Positions 8,672 through 17,035 of a stretch of 64,000 nucleotides of DNA are shown here, one piece after another (the stretch's first letter is position 1; each line of letters opens with the position of its first letter). Under the pieces are notes generated by a model that saw nothing but the letters and a program-made list of their open reading frames with translations, ran no database searches and was not told where the DNA came from. The position numbers and the translations under genes are program-made. Source of the DNA: Pseudomonadota bacterium (GTDB lineage: Bacteria > Desulfobacterota > Syntrophia > Syntrophales > UBA8958); contig JASGUC010000003.1 in assembly GCA_030057915.1 (NCBI GenBank), positions 38,086-102,085 on the forward strand, given 5' to 3'.

Positions 8672-9166
8672 TCAGAATATGTTGACCTCCATTGCCCGCA
8701 CCGGGCAGGCGGAGACGCAGAGTTCGCACCCGTTGCACTTTTCGGGATCGAAGACCACCTTGCGGGTGCCGGGTTCGAAAGAGAGGGCGTCGGTGGGGCA
8801 GAAGGCCGTGCAGGCCCCGCAGTGAACGCACTTGTCGGAATTCTGGTTGACGCTCTTGGACAAGGGCTCCACCTTGAGGCCTTTGTCCTTGAGAAAACGG
8901 ATGCCGTTGTCGAAATTCCGTTGATTGCCGCTCAGTTCCAGGACGATTATCCCTTCCCGTTTGGGGAAGATCCGGGCCTTGAGGATGTTGAAGATCAGGT
9001 CATGGGTTTTGACGAGCTGGCAGATGATCGGCTGATCGACGTTTTCGGCTGTGTAATGAATGACGATTTTTCTCGAGACGATTTGTTCCTCCGCCATGCC
9101 CTCGCTCCCCTGGGAATTGGTCGGGGCGATGTTAGGGGAACGGTTTTTTTTTGTCAAGGCTTTCAT
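8672..9166 (-). CDS. NIL-domain / 2x[4Fe-4S] ferredoxin fusion protein
   Basis: 164 aa from MKALTKK. The NIL-like ACT-fold region (..IICQLVKTHDLIFNILKARI..) is followed by CVHCGACTAFCP and CNGCELCVSACP cluster motifs. Start overlaps the phaR stop (ATGA). Confidence 0.8.
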   Translation of the reverse strand: MKALTKKNRSPNIAPTNSQGSEGMAEEQIVSRKIVIHYTAENVDQPIICQLVKTHDLIFNILKARIFPKREGIIVLELSGNQRNFDNGIRFLKDKGLKVEPLSKSVNQNSDKCVHCGACTAFCPTDALSFEPGTRKVVFDPEKCNGCELCVSACPVRAMEVNIF

Positions 9167-9648
9167 GACGAACCTTTCGCCGATCGGTTGTCCTTGCCGT
9201 TTTTGTCCTCTTCCTCGGCGTCCGCCGCCGGGGGGAAGATGTCGAAGAACGGCTTGAAGGGATTCATGGTATTCATTGTGGAATAATCGATGCCCAATTC
9301 CAGCCACTTTTTGAACTGATTGTCCGTCACGGAACGGTATGATAGGTAATTCTTCAGGATCTGTTCCAGGTATCGCTGGAAAAAGTCGTTGAGGATGTTT
9401 TCCCCGAACCTTATGAGGAGATGCAGGAGGGGTACGGGGAGGAGAAAATTCTTTTTTCTCGATTCCTCGAGAATCACCTGGGTGAGGATGAAGGCGGTGA
9501 CGTCTTCCCCCGTTTTGGCGTCCAGGACCTGAACCTGATGGTCCGCCCGGATGGCCTGGGTGATGTCGTCGAGGTTGACATAACTGCTCCTGGCCGTGTC
9601 GTAGAGGCGGCGATTGCCGTATTTCTTATAGAGGAGTTTTTCTGCCAT
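9163..9648 (-). CDS. phaR: polyhydroxyalkanoate synthesis repressor PhaR
   Basis: 161 aa from MAEKLLYKKYGNRRLYDT..DAKTGEDVT..ILTQVI, the conserved PhaR N-terminal DNA-binding signature. Confidence 0.9.
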   Translation of the reverse strand: MAEKLLYKKYGNRRLYDTARSSYVNLDDITQAIRADHQVQVLDAKTGEDVTAFILTQVILEESRKKNFLLPVPLLHLLIRFGENILNDFFQRYLEQILKNYLSYRSVTDNQFKKWLELGIDYSTMNTMNPFKPFFDIFPPAADAEEEDKNGKDNRSAKGSS

Positions 9649-9859
9649 AAGGCCTTTCCTTGCATACCGGATGTGATCGGACCTTAGCAGGAGCGATGCT
9701 ATAACGCAACAAAAAAATATCTTATGGAAAGGTTGACCGGGGGACGAACAAATTTTTGCTTGGATAACCAAGCGTCATGTAACGACTAATTTTTTTGCCG
9801 GCATGGAACTCCCGTGTCATCGCGGGGGATAATAATTTATTGCGGCGCAACATTTTTCC

Positions 9860-9887
9860 TTGACAAACACGGAAAGCAGGCTATAAT
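9860..9887 (+). promoter_or_regulatory. sigma70-type promoter, perfect hexamers (TTGACA-N16-TATAAT), for the phasin genes
   Basis: TTGACA at 9860-9865 and TATAAT at 9882-9887, in an AT-rich divergent region 32 nt upstream of the phasin ATG. Palindrome TTGCGGCGCAA (9840-9850) abuts the -35. Confidence 0.6.
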
Positions 9888-9918
9888 AGCCCAAAACAAG
9901 ACGGGAGGTATCCAAAAA

Positions 9919-10218
9919 ATGGAACAGGGAAAGATAGCCAAGCAGATGATCGATTTTCACAAAGCCACCTTCGACAACACCTTCAATGCCATGTCGATTT
10001 TACAGGAACAGACGGAACGGATGGTGAACATGTTCCTCGACCAGTCTCCCTGGGTGCCCGAAGAGGGGAAAATCGCCATTCAGGACTGGGTGAAGGCCTA
10101 CAAGAAGGGGCGGATGGATTTCAAGGCCTCCGCCGACGACAGCTTCAAGAAGGTGGAAGAATTCTTTGCGGGGTTCAACAAGCAGGCCAAGGAGGCAAAG
10201 GCGAAAGTGGGCAAGTAG
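9919..10218 (+). CDS. phasin-like PHA granule protein
   Basis: 99 aa from MEQGKIAKQMIDFHKATFDNTFNAM. GGGAGG SD. Paralogous to the next gene, in PHA context. Confidence 0.7.
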   Translation: MEQGKIAKQMIDFHKATFDNTFNAMSILQEQTERMVNMFLDQSPWVPEEGKIAIQDWVKAYKKGRMDFKASADDSFKKVEEFFAGFNKQAKEAKAKVGK

Positions 10219-10246
10219 CCCAAATAATTTAAAAGGAGGTACGAAG

Positions 10247-10513
10247 ATGGATCCGAAACAGATTTCCAAGCAGATGTTCGATTTCAACAAGATGGCGTTT
10301 GAGAGGTCCTTTGCGGCCATGGTGGTCATGCAGGACCAGGCGGAAAAGATGTTCAACATGTGGCTCGACCAGAACAAGTGGTTCCCCGAGGAAGGGAAGA
10401 AGGCCATAGGGGACTGGGTGAAAACCTACAAGAAGGGCCGGGAGGATTTCAAGGCCAAGGTCGAAGAGGGCTACGAAAAGATCGAGCAGTATCTGGCGCC
10501 TGGGGAAAAATAG
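10247..10513 (+). CDS. phasin-like PHA granule protein (paralog)
   Basis: 88 aa from MDPKQISKQMFDFNKMAFERSFAAM. AAGGAGG SD. Colinear similarity to 9919-10218 (..W.PEEGK.AI.DWVK.YKKGR.DFKA..). Confidence 0.7.
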   Translation: MDPKQISKQMFDFNKMAFERSFAAMVVMQDQAEKMFNMWLDQNKWFPEEGKKAIGDWVKTYKKGREDFKAKVEEGYEKIEQYLAPGEK

Positions 10514-10549
10514 GGGGCTGGATTAAGAGAGCGGTGGCAGGAAAAAGTT

Positions 10550-12115
10550 ATGATCTCCAAATATCAACAACAAGTTTTGAGACGTGCGGCGTCGTTTTAC
10601 GCGGACAGGTTGACCGATGCCCCCGTAAAGCTCCTGGGCGCCGCCGCGGATGCGCTCCTGGCCGGCCAGCTCCACTCCCTGGGCGTCATGGCGTATTACG
10701 CCGATTTCATGACGCCCTTCTGGACGGCGTGGCAGTCCTTCAATCGTCTGGAAAAGGAAAAGCTCCGCCGGACTTTCTTTCTCCAGAGCGTGGCCGACTA
10801 TTACGAATTGATGCAATTCAATCTTCAGGTTGCCGAGCAGGGCATGCAGGGCACGGTGGACGGTTTACGAGATTTTTACCGGAAGGAGACCGCCCTGGCC
10901 CTCATGTCCCTGATCAATAGCCTCTACGGGGAGGAAGAAGGCGATATCGGCAGATACGCGGCCCGAATGGCGCAACTCACCGACAGCGTCATCAATCGGT
11001 ATCCCGAGGCAATCAAGAATATCGGCGATGAGTTCGGCTTCCATTTCGATGACGGCGGTTACATCAAGACGGCGGAAACGGACCGGTTTGTCCTGTATCA
11101 GGTCCTTTCCCGGGTCAAAGGCGTCATCCCCCGCAAGGATGGCAAGCCCATCGTCATCATTCATCCCTATGTGCTGGGGCCAAATATCCTGGCCTTTCTT
11201 CCCGACGAGAAGAAGAGCTATGTCCATGCCTTTGCCGATCAGGGCATCCCCACCTACATCCGAATCCTGAAGGATATCCAGACGACGGAAGCGGTGCAGG
11301 TCATGACGGGGGAAGACGACGCCCTCGATACCCGTCGATTCTGTGAATTGCTGAAGGCGACCCACGGCCGTCCCGTGACCCTGAACGGTTTCTGTCAGGG
11401 CGGCTTCGTCGCCCTTCTGAATATCCTTTCCGGCGAACTCGATGGCCTCGTGGATGCCTTGATAACTTGCGTCGCCCCCATGGACGGCACCCGTAGCAAA
11501 TCCCTGGTGGAATACATGCGGCATTTGCCTGATCGTTTCCGGGACTTGAACTATGCCATCAAGAAGTTGCCCAACGGCAACGGCATCGTGGACGGCAAGG
11601 TCATGAGTTGGGTCTATAAACTGAAAAGCATGGAAAAGGAGGCCCCCTTCGTCACGTTTTACCGGGACCTCGAAAACGTCGGCGGGAGGGGGATCAGCAA
11701 GACGGCGGCGGCAATGAACCACTGGCTGATCTACGACCGGGTCGACCTGCCGGAGGGGATCACCAAACTGAGTTTCGACTCCTATACGATACCGGTGGCC
11801 CCGGACGGTACCCTGCCGGTAAAACTTTTCGGCAGAACTTTAAATTTCAAGGGCATGGAGGAAAAGGGCATACCCTGGCTGCTGTGCTACGCGGAACGGG
11901 ACGATCTCGTGGACAAGGACGCCGCCCTGGCCCCGGCGGATTTCATCACGGTGGAGGTAACGCCTTTTCCCAAGGGGCACGGGGCGATCGCCACCTCCTG
12001 GTCCGATCCTCGCTCCGCCTGCGCCCTCCACACCCGGTTCGGCAATGGCTATCGGGGGCCGGTGCGATTCCAGCTCGATCTGGAGGAAGGGATGAGAACG
12101 AATAATGGATCGTAA
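10550..12115 (+). CDS. divergent PhaC-like PHA synthase (alpha/beta hydrolase with cysteine nucleophile)
   Basis: 521 aa. Lipase-box variant GFCQGG (G-x-C-x-G-G). Candidate Asp (ERDDLVD) and His (KGHGAI) are colinear with the class III PhaC at 14539-15870. N-terminal region is longer than class III. Confidence 0.75.
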   Translation: MISKYQQQVLRRAASFYADRLTDAPVKLLGAAADALLAGQLHSLGVMAYYADFMTPFWTAWQSFNRLEKEKLRRTFFLQSVADYYELMQFNLQVAEQGMQGTVDGLRDFYRKETALALMSLINSLYGEEEGDIGRYAARMAQLTDSVINRYPEAIKNIGDEFGFHFDDGGYIKTAETDRFVLYQVLSRVKGVIPRKDGKPIVIIHPYVLGPNILAFLPDEKKSYVHAFADQGIPTYIRILKDIQTTEAVQVMTGEDDALDTRRFCELLKATHGRPVTLNGFCQGGFVALLNILSGELDGLVDALITCVAPMDGTRSKSLVEYMRHLPDRFRDLNYAIKKLPNGNGIVDGKVMSWVYKLKSMEKEAPFVTFYRDLENVGGRGISKTAAAMNHWLIYDRVDLPEGITKLSFDSYTIPVAPDGTLPVKLFGRTLNFKGMEEKGIPWLLCYAERDDLVDKDAALAPADFITVEVTPFPKGHGAIATSWSDPRSACALHTRFGNGYRGPVRFQLDLEEGMRTNNGS

Positions 12116-12617
12116 TTTCTACGAGTTTTGGGGACAGTTGTTTCTGAGCCTGGCCAAGGGGCAGAAACAGATCGAAGACTTTCGTAAGTGGTTCGGCCAG
12201 GGGCTGATGGGGTATGAATCCCTGAATGCGATGTTCCGCAAGGCTTACGGACTGGACCGGATCGAAGAGGAATCTCCGGATTATGGGGAGATCTGGAAGA
12301 AGTCCGTGGAGACCTTTCAGAAGTCCTTCCAGGAGGGTCTGTCCCTGTTGGATGTGGTTCCCCGGGGAGAATACGAGAAGCTTGCCCAAAAGTGCGCCGC
12401 CCTGGAAAAAAGCGTCGCGGAGCAGGAGGAGACGATCCGCACCCTGAAGCGGCTCCTCACCGAAGAGGCGAACGACGCGCCCGCCGCCGCTATCGAAGAC
12501 CTCCAGAAGTTGCTCCGGAATCAACAGGACCAGTTTCAGGAATTGTTGAAAAACATGACGCTCCTCTTCGACAAGGCGCCGGAGGCCGTCCGGGGGGTTA
12601 GGAAGAAGGGGCACTGA
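12105..12617 (+). CDS. short PhaE/PhaR-type PHA synthase subunit candidate (coiled coil)
   Basis: 170 aa, overlapping the upstream PhaC-like gene by 11 nt. Motif LDVVPRGEYEKLAQKCAALEKSV parallels LPVPTNRDMDDIYKDLYLLKKRV in the PhaE at 15887-16795. Confidence 0.5.
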   Translation: MDRNFYEFWGQLFLSLAKGQKQIEDFRKWFGQGLMGYESLNAMFRKAYGLDRIEEESPDYGEIWKKSVETFQKSFQEGLSLLDVVPRGEYEKLAQKCAALEKSVAEQEETIRTLKRLLTEEANDAPAAAIEDLQKLLRNQQDQFQELLKNMTLLFDKAPEAVRGVRKKGH

Positions 12618-12671
12618 GCCCCTGACTCGATTCCCGTGCCATTCGGTCCGCCCCCGTTTGGAGGCGGCATC

Positions 12672-12804
12672 GAGACCTTTGCAAAACCCCGTTGTGACCT
12701 CCCCATGTATCTTCCCGAGAAAGTGGGGATCCAGTCTCTTCAACTACTTTCTGGATGCCGGGTCAAGCCCGACAGGGCATGGGCGGCAGTTTTTCAAAGG
12801 TCTC
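12672..12804. repeat. TIR-bounded ~130-bp element (GAGACCTTTGCAAAA ... TTTTTCAAAGGTCTC)
   Basis: 133 bp. Ends are inverted copies of the 14-bp motif shared by the family. An additional lone right-type end lies at 12886-12899. Confidence 0.7.
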
Positions 12805-12983
12805 GCCTTGCCTTCGGGATAGGGTTATGGTCTGTCGCCCTTGGTCCCGCCTCCCTCTTGGAGGAAAACCGCCGGCAAGCATGGGTTTTCAAAGACCTCG
12901 TAATGACCGCCGGCGCCGGGCCCTCCCCGGAGCGTCCTCTTCTTGTCCCCCCCCCTCTTTCCGTGCGGGGTTGCACGGGCGGC

Positions 12984-13412
12984 TCAGGCCTTGGCGGCCT
13001 TGGGGGGACTCACGAGCGCCTCGCCGTCCAGGACGATGGTTCCCTCCTGATTCCGGCAGGTAGTTCGGAGCCGGAGCCGGTTTTTCTCCGTGATTGTCTC
13101 CACTACCTCGACCCGTGCGGTGATCGTGTCCCCCATGCGGACCGGGGCGAGAAATTTCAAGCTCTGACCCATATAGATCGTTCCCGGGCCGGGGAGCCGC
13201 ATGCCCAGGATGGCCGAGATGAAACCCGCCGTCAACATCCCGTGGGCGATGCGACCCTTGAAAAACGTTCCGGCGGCATAGGATTCGTCGATGTGGGCCG
13301 GATTCAAATCCCCCGTGATCCCCGCGTAGAGGTAAACGTCCGTTTCCGTGACGGTCTTGGTAAACTCCGCCGCATCCCCCACCTTTATGGCGTCGATGGT
13401 CAGTCCCTTCAT
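12984..13412 (-). CDS. phaJ: MaoC-like (R)-specific enoyl-CoA hydratase
   Basis: 142 aa with hot-dog fold signature ..YAGITGDLNPAHIDE..RIAHGML.. In PHA context. Confidence 0.85.
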   Translation of the reverse strand: MKGLTIDAIKVGDAAEFTKTVTETDVYLYAGITGDLNPAHIDESYAAGTFFKGRIAHGMLTAGFISAILGMRLPGPGTIYMGQSLKFLAPVRMGDTITARVEVVETITEKNRLRLRTTCRNQEGTIVLDGEALVSPPKAAKA

Positions 13413-13469
13413 CCTTTTCCTTCCTCCCGTCTCGATGGCGTCACCGGCGGCGGGCCCGCGCCCCGGCGG

Positions 13470-14519
13470 TTAAAACCAGCACTTGTGGGTCCAGGTCGCC
13501 TCTTTCATGTCCCGCAGGTCGTTTTGCAACATGAGATACATGGAGGCATTCTGGATGGCCAGCCCTCCCTGTAAGGCCAGGGCGGTTACGAGGCCGATCT
13601 CGTCTTCCGTGAATTCTCGCTTCTTGTCGCAGTAGAGACGCAGGACCCCGATGACCTCGCTCTTGGCCTTGATGGGCACGCAGAGGATGGAGACGATCCC
13701 CTCCTCCTTCTTTTCCTTCTTGTATTGGACCCCCTCGTCCGTATAGGCGTCGGCAATGGCCACCGGTTTGCCGTTGAGGGCCTCGGCGATGCTCTTCTCG
13801 GCGGAGATGGGACCCTTTTTCAAATATTTGTCGCTCAAGCCATAGCTGGCCGCCAGTTGCAGCACCGTTCTTTCGTCGTTGAGGAGACGGATCGAGGCCG
13901 CTTTTACCCCCAGGGCCTTGGCCACCTCCTCGGTGAGGGTCTGCAGGATCGTCTTGATATCGAGACTGGCGGCGATGGCCGCGGCCAGGTTCAGGAAAAG
14001 CTTCGTGTTGACTCGCAGTTGATCGACAAGCTTCTTGTTCTGGATGGCCCAGCCGCCCTGACCGGCGAGGAGCTGCAGGAATTCGATCTCGTCTCGGGTG
14101 AATTCCCTGATCTTCGCCGTGTAGATGGCGAGGATGGCGATGATTTCCCCCTTGATCATGGCGGGAACGACAATGATGGAGCCGATGCCTTCCGCTTTCT
14201 TAAGTTCCCGGTTCTCCAGGCGAACATCCGTTGTGGCGTCCCTGTAGTAGATGAAGCCCTCCTTCTTCAACGTGGAGATGACCTTTTCGGCGTGTCCATA
14301 ACCGGCATGGAGATAATCGGCGGACAGGCCGCGCTGGGCGACCGCCTTGAGCTTCTCCTGCTCCCCCTCCGCCAGAAAGAGGCAGGCCGCCTTTGCCTTC
14401 ATGGCCTCGACGGCGCTGTCCACGATCAACTGCAACAGGGCGTCCATGTCGGCGGTGGCGCCAAAGGCGTCGCTTACCTTGATGAATGTCTTTAAAAAAC
14501 TGATCTGCTTTTCCGGCAT
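13470..14519 (-). CDS. tandem GAF-domain protein (no output domain)
   Basis: 349 aa with two colinear GAF-like halves (..VVPAMIKGEIIAILAIY..REFT.DEIEFLQLLAGQGGWAIQN.. and ..CVPIKAKSEVIGVLRLY..REFTEDEIGLVTALALQGGLAIQN..). Confidence 0.8.
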   Translation of the reverse strand: MPEKQISFLKTFIKVSDAFGATADMDALLQLIVDSAVEAMKAKAACLFLAEGEQEKLKAVAQRGLSADYLHAGYGHAEKVISTLKKEGFIYYRDATTDVRLENRELKKAEGIGSIIVVPAMIKGEIIAILAIYTAKIREFTRDEIEFLQLLAGQGGWAIQNKKLVDQLRVNTKLFLNLAAAIAASLDIKTILQTLTEEVAKALGVKAASIRLLNDERTVLQLAASYGLSDKYLKKGPISAEKSIAEALNGKPVAIADAYTDEGVQYKKEKKEEGIVSILCVPIKAKSEVIGVLRLYCDKKREFTEDEIGLVTALALQGGLAIQNASMYLMLQNDLRDMKEATWTHKCWF

Positions 14520-14538
14520 TTTGTTACCCCCTCCCCCT

Positions 14539-15870
14539 TTAAATCGTATCTTGGATCATTTGTGTCAGCGATGGTTTGGCGGCTTGTCCTTTCGCCCCGG
14601 TTTTTTTTCCCGCCGTTCGGGAGACCTTCTTCGTTCCTGGTCCGGGATCGGCCTGGTCTTTCTCCTTGCCCTTTTCCGCTCCGTCGGCCCGGGCGTCCAT
14701 GACCGGTTGCGCCGCAGCGGTCGCCTCGACTGCCTCGGCCGCCTCGGCCCCATCCCCCATGGAGGTCGCGGGAAGCCTTTCTTCACCATCGCGCTCCCGA
14801 AGCCAGCGGACGATCTTGGGGGCAAACTCCCGCTGGCATTTGGAACTCACGTAGATGCCGATGTGTCCCGTATCCAGGGTAATGTCCTCCGTATCGGAAC
14901 TCCCGACGCATTTGGTCAGCATACTGCAGGCCTCCGGGGGGACCAGGTGGTCGTACATGCCATAGAAGTTGAGGAGCGGCATGGTGATGTTCTTCAGATC
15001 GACGCGCCGCCCGCCGATTACGAGTTCGTTCTGGATCAGGAGGTTCTTCTTGTAGAAGTCGGCGGCAAACTGGCGAAAGGTCTCGCCGGGGACATCGGGG
15101 CTATCGAAGATCCATTTCTCCATCCGGACGAAGTTTTCCACGAAGGACTTGCTTCCCATGTTCTCGAAGAAGCCCACGTATTTGTCGATCATCAACCGGG
15201 CCGGGTTCAGGAGGAGAAAACCGATGTTCATCACGTCTCCGGGCAGATTGCCGAAGGTATCGATCATTTTGTCCGTGTCGACGGCCCGCATCCAGATGTG
15301 CAGCAGCCCCTTGTCCGTGGCGAAGTTCGTCGGTGTAACGGTGGTGATGAGATTCTTGACCTTCTCCGGGTGGAGGGCGGAATAAATGACGCTGAACGTG
15401 CCGCCCATGCAGATGCCCATGAGATTGATCTTGGGAGCGCCCGTTTTTTCCCGGATGAAGTCCACGATATTGTCCATGTAGCCGTTCACATGGTCGTCGA
15501 TGGTGAGAAAGCGGTCCTTCCTGGTCGGGTAGCCCCAGTCGATCATATAGAGGTCGATGCCGCTGTTGAGGAAGGTCTGGACGACGCTCCGATCCGGTTG
15601 GAGGTCCAGCATCGTTTCCCGGTTGATGAGGGCGTAGGTCACCAGCAGGGGCGTCTTCAAGGTGATCTCCCCGGGGGTGCGGTAGTGTTTCAACTTGACC
15701 CGGTCCTCTTCGTAAACCACGTCATAGGGAGTCGTGGCCAGGTCGGATTCCAGCGGGCCCAGCAGGACCTCCGACGCCCTGGTGACGGTTTCCTGCGCCT
15801 TTTCCGCCTCCGAGGCGATATTGGCTAAAATGAGATCCAGGGATATCTTGGGTTGTTCCATTTTCGTCAC
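14539..15870 (-). CDS. phaC: class III PHA synthase catalytic subunit PhaC with ~80-aa C-terminal Ala/Lys-rich tail
   Basis: 443 aa. Lipase box GICMGG, YDHLVPP Asp and TGHIGIYVS His. The core of about 360 aa is typical class III length. Confidence 0.9.
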   Translation of the reverse strand: MTKMEQPKISLDLILANIASEAEKAQETVTRASEVLLGPLESDLATTPYDVVYEEDRVKLKHYRTPGEITLKTPLLVTYALINRETMLDLQPDRSVVQTFLNSGIDLYMIDWGYPTRKDRFLTIDDHVNGYMDNIVDFIREKTGAPKINLMGICMGGTFSVIYSALHPEKVKNLITTVTPTNFATDKGLLHIWMRAVDTDKMIDTFGNLPGDVMNIGFLLLNPARLMIDKYVGFFENMGSKSFVENFVRMEKWIFDSPDVPGETFRQFAADFYKKNLLIQNELVIGGRRVDLKNITMPLLNFYGMYDHLVPPEACSMLTKCVGSSDTEDITLDTGHIGIYVSSKCQREFAPKIVRWLRERDGEERLPATSMGDGAEAAEAVEATAAAQPVMDARADGAEKGKEKDQADPGPGTKKVSRTAGKKTGAKGQAAKPSLTQMIQDTI

Positions 15871-15886
15871 CTCCTTCGATTAGGGC

Positions 15887-16795
15887 TTATTCCTGTTCCT
15901 TAACCTTTGCGGCCAGTTCCTTTTCGAGAACCCGCACGCGTTTCTTCAGCAGATAGAGATCCTTGTAGATGTCGTCCATGTCCCGGTTGGTGGGCACGGG
16001 CAGGGACTGGAGGATGTCCTGCAAAACCTCGTTTTTGGCGTTGGCGAAATTTTCCACCTGGTCGAGCATCTCCCGGAGGGCCGCCAGATATTCCGGGGAT
16101 TTGAAGAGGTTCATGTAGTGCCCTTCGAGGATCTTTACCCACAGATTATAATAGTCCTTGGTCTTTTCCGGGGCCTTTCCCTCCTTGGACAGCTCCTCCA
16201 CCTTGTCCTGGAGGACCTGGGTGGATTTTTCCATGGGCAGATAGAGGAGATAGAAGAACTCCGACAGGGCGGCCTGGAGGATGTTCGCCTGATCCGCCAG
16301 GCGATTCATCCGCTCCTGATAATAACGGGTCAATCCCAATTGCGGGACCTGGAAATACTGGCGGAATTCCTCCTCGTAAATCTCCCGCCAGAGCTTGAAG
16401 ACATCCTGATCCAGGTTCTCGAACTGGTAGGCCTCGGTTTTCTGCCCGATCTTGCCGGCCTTTTCCATGGCCTGCTTCTGGAGCTTCGCCGCGGCCTCCC
16501 ACCCCGCCCTGGCGATCTTCATGATGAATTCCGGCATGGTGTTGAGCCCTTTGAGCACGGCGTCGGCAACTTGCGGATCGTTGAAGGCCGCCTGGGTGGT
16601 CTTGAGCCTCTTTATGGCCGACTCCATCGATTCGGCGTAACGGTTCTTGATCCCTTCTCCCACTTCGGCGGCCTTGAAGGCCGGCGCGGCCGCCGGGAGC
16701 GCCTTGAGCAGGGACGTCCAGAAATCGGTGGAGGCCTTCATCCAGCCCTGCATTACGGTGTCCAGATCGATCTGCTCAGACTTTTTCTCTTCCAT
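15887..16795 (-). CDS. phaE: class III PHA synthase subunit PhaE
   Basis: 302 aa immediately upstream of phaC on the same strand. Conserved C-terminal VPT..D(M)D.. helix motif. Confidence 0.8.
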   Translation of the reverse strand: MEEKKSEQIDLDTVMQGWMKASTDFWTSLLKALPAAAPAFKAAEVGEGIKNRYAESMESAIKRLKTTQAAFNDPQVADAVLKGLNTMPEFIMKIARAGWEAAAKLQKQAMEKAGKIGQKTEAYQFENLDQDVFKLWREIYEEEFRQYFQVPQLGLTRYYQERMNRLADQANILQAALSEFFYLLYLPMEKSTQVLQDKVEELSKEGKAPEKTKDYYNLWVKILEGHYMNLFKSPEYLAALREMLDQVENFANAKNEVLQDILQSLPVPTNRDMDDIYKDLYLLKKRVRVLEKELAAKVKEQE

Positions 16796-16877
16796 GTTGG
16801 CACCTCAAAAATCTAAAGAAAGCTGCTAAGGCTGTCGCCGGTCAATAATCGGGGGGTATGATTGAAAACTGCGCCTC

Positions 16878-16907
16878 ATGATATGACAAAAAGGCCTCCC
16901 GTGTCAA
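16878..16907 (-). promoter_or_regulatory. sigma70-type promoter candidate for phaE-phaC (TTGACA-N18-TATCAT)
   Basis: Minus-strand TTGACA (16902-16907) and TATCAT (16878-16883), about 80 nt upstream of the phaE ATG. The spacer contains the inverted repeat TGACA-N13-TGTCA. Confidence 0.45.
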
Positions 16908-16925
16908 TAAGAGGTTAAGGCCGAT

Positions 16926-17035
16926 CAGGGTAAACTTGTTCTCAATGTAAGTAGCTGATGTTGATCTTGAATGATCTACTAAAAATGAGGCACGTCCTGT
17001 TTTCAGCCACTTAGAGATAGAACAAACTTATCCTG
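16926..17035 (+). mobile_element. MITE copy 1 (110 bp) with perfect 10-bp target-site duplication
   Basis: Imperfect ~17-bp terminal inverted repeats (CAGGGTAAACTTGTTCT / AGAACAAACTTATCCTG). Flanked by TAAGGCCGAT at 16916-16925 and 17036-17045. Confidence 0.85.

Noticed and set aside
9140-9166. TTGACA-N18-TAACAT on the minus strand near the phaR/NIL-ferredoxin junction, considered as an internal promoter.
   Set aside because: It lies downstream of the ferredoxin start codon, so it cannot serve that gene. The ATGA overlap already explains expression by coupling.
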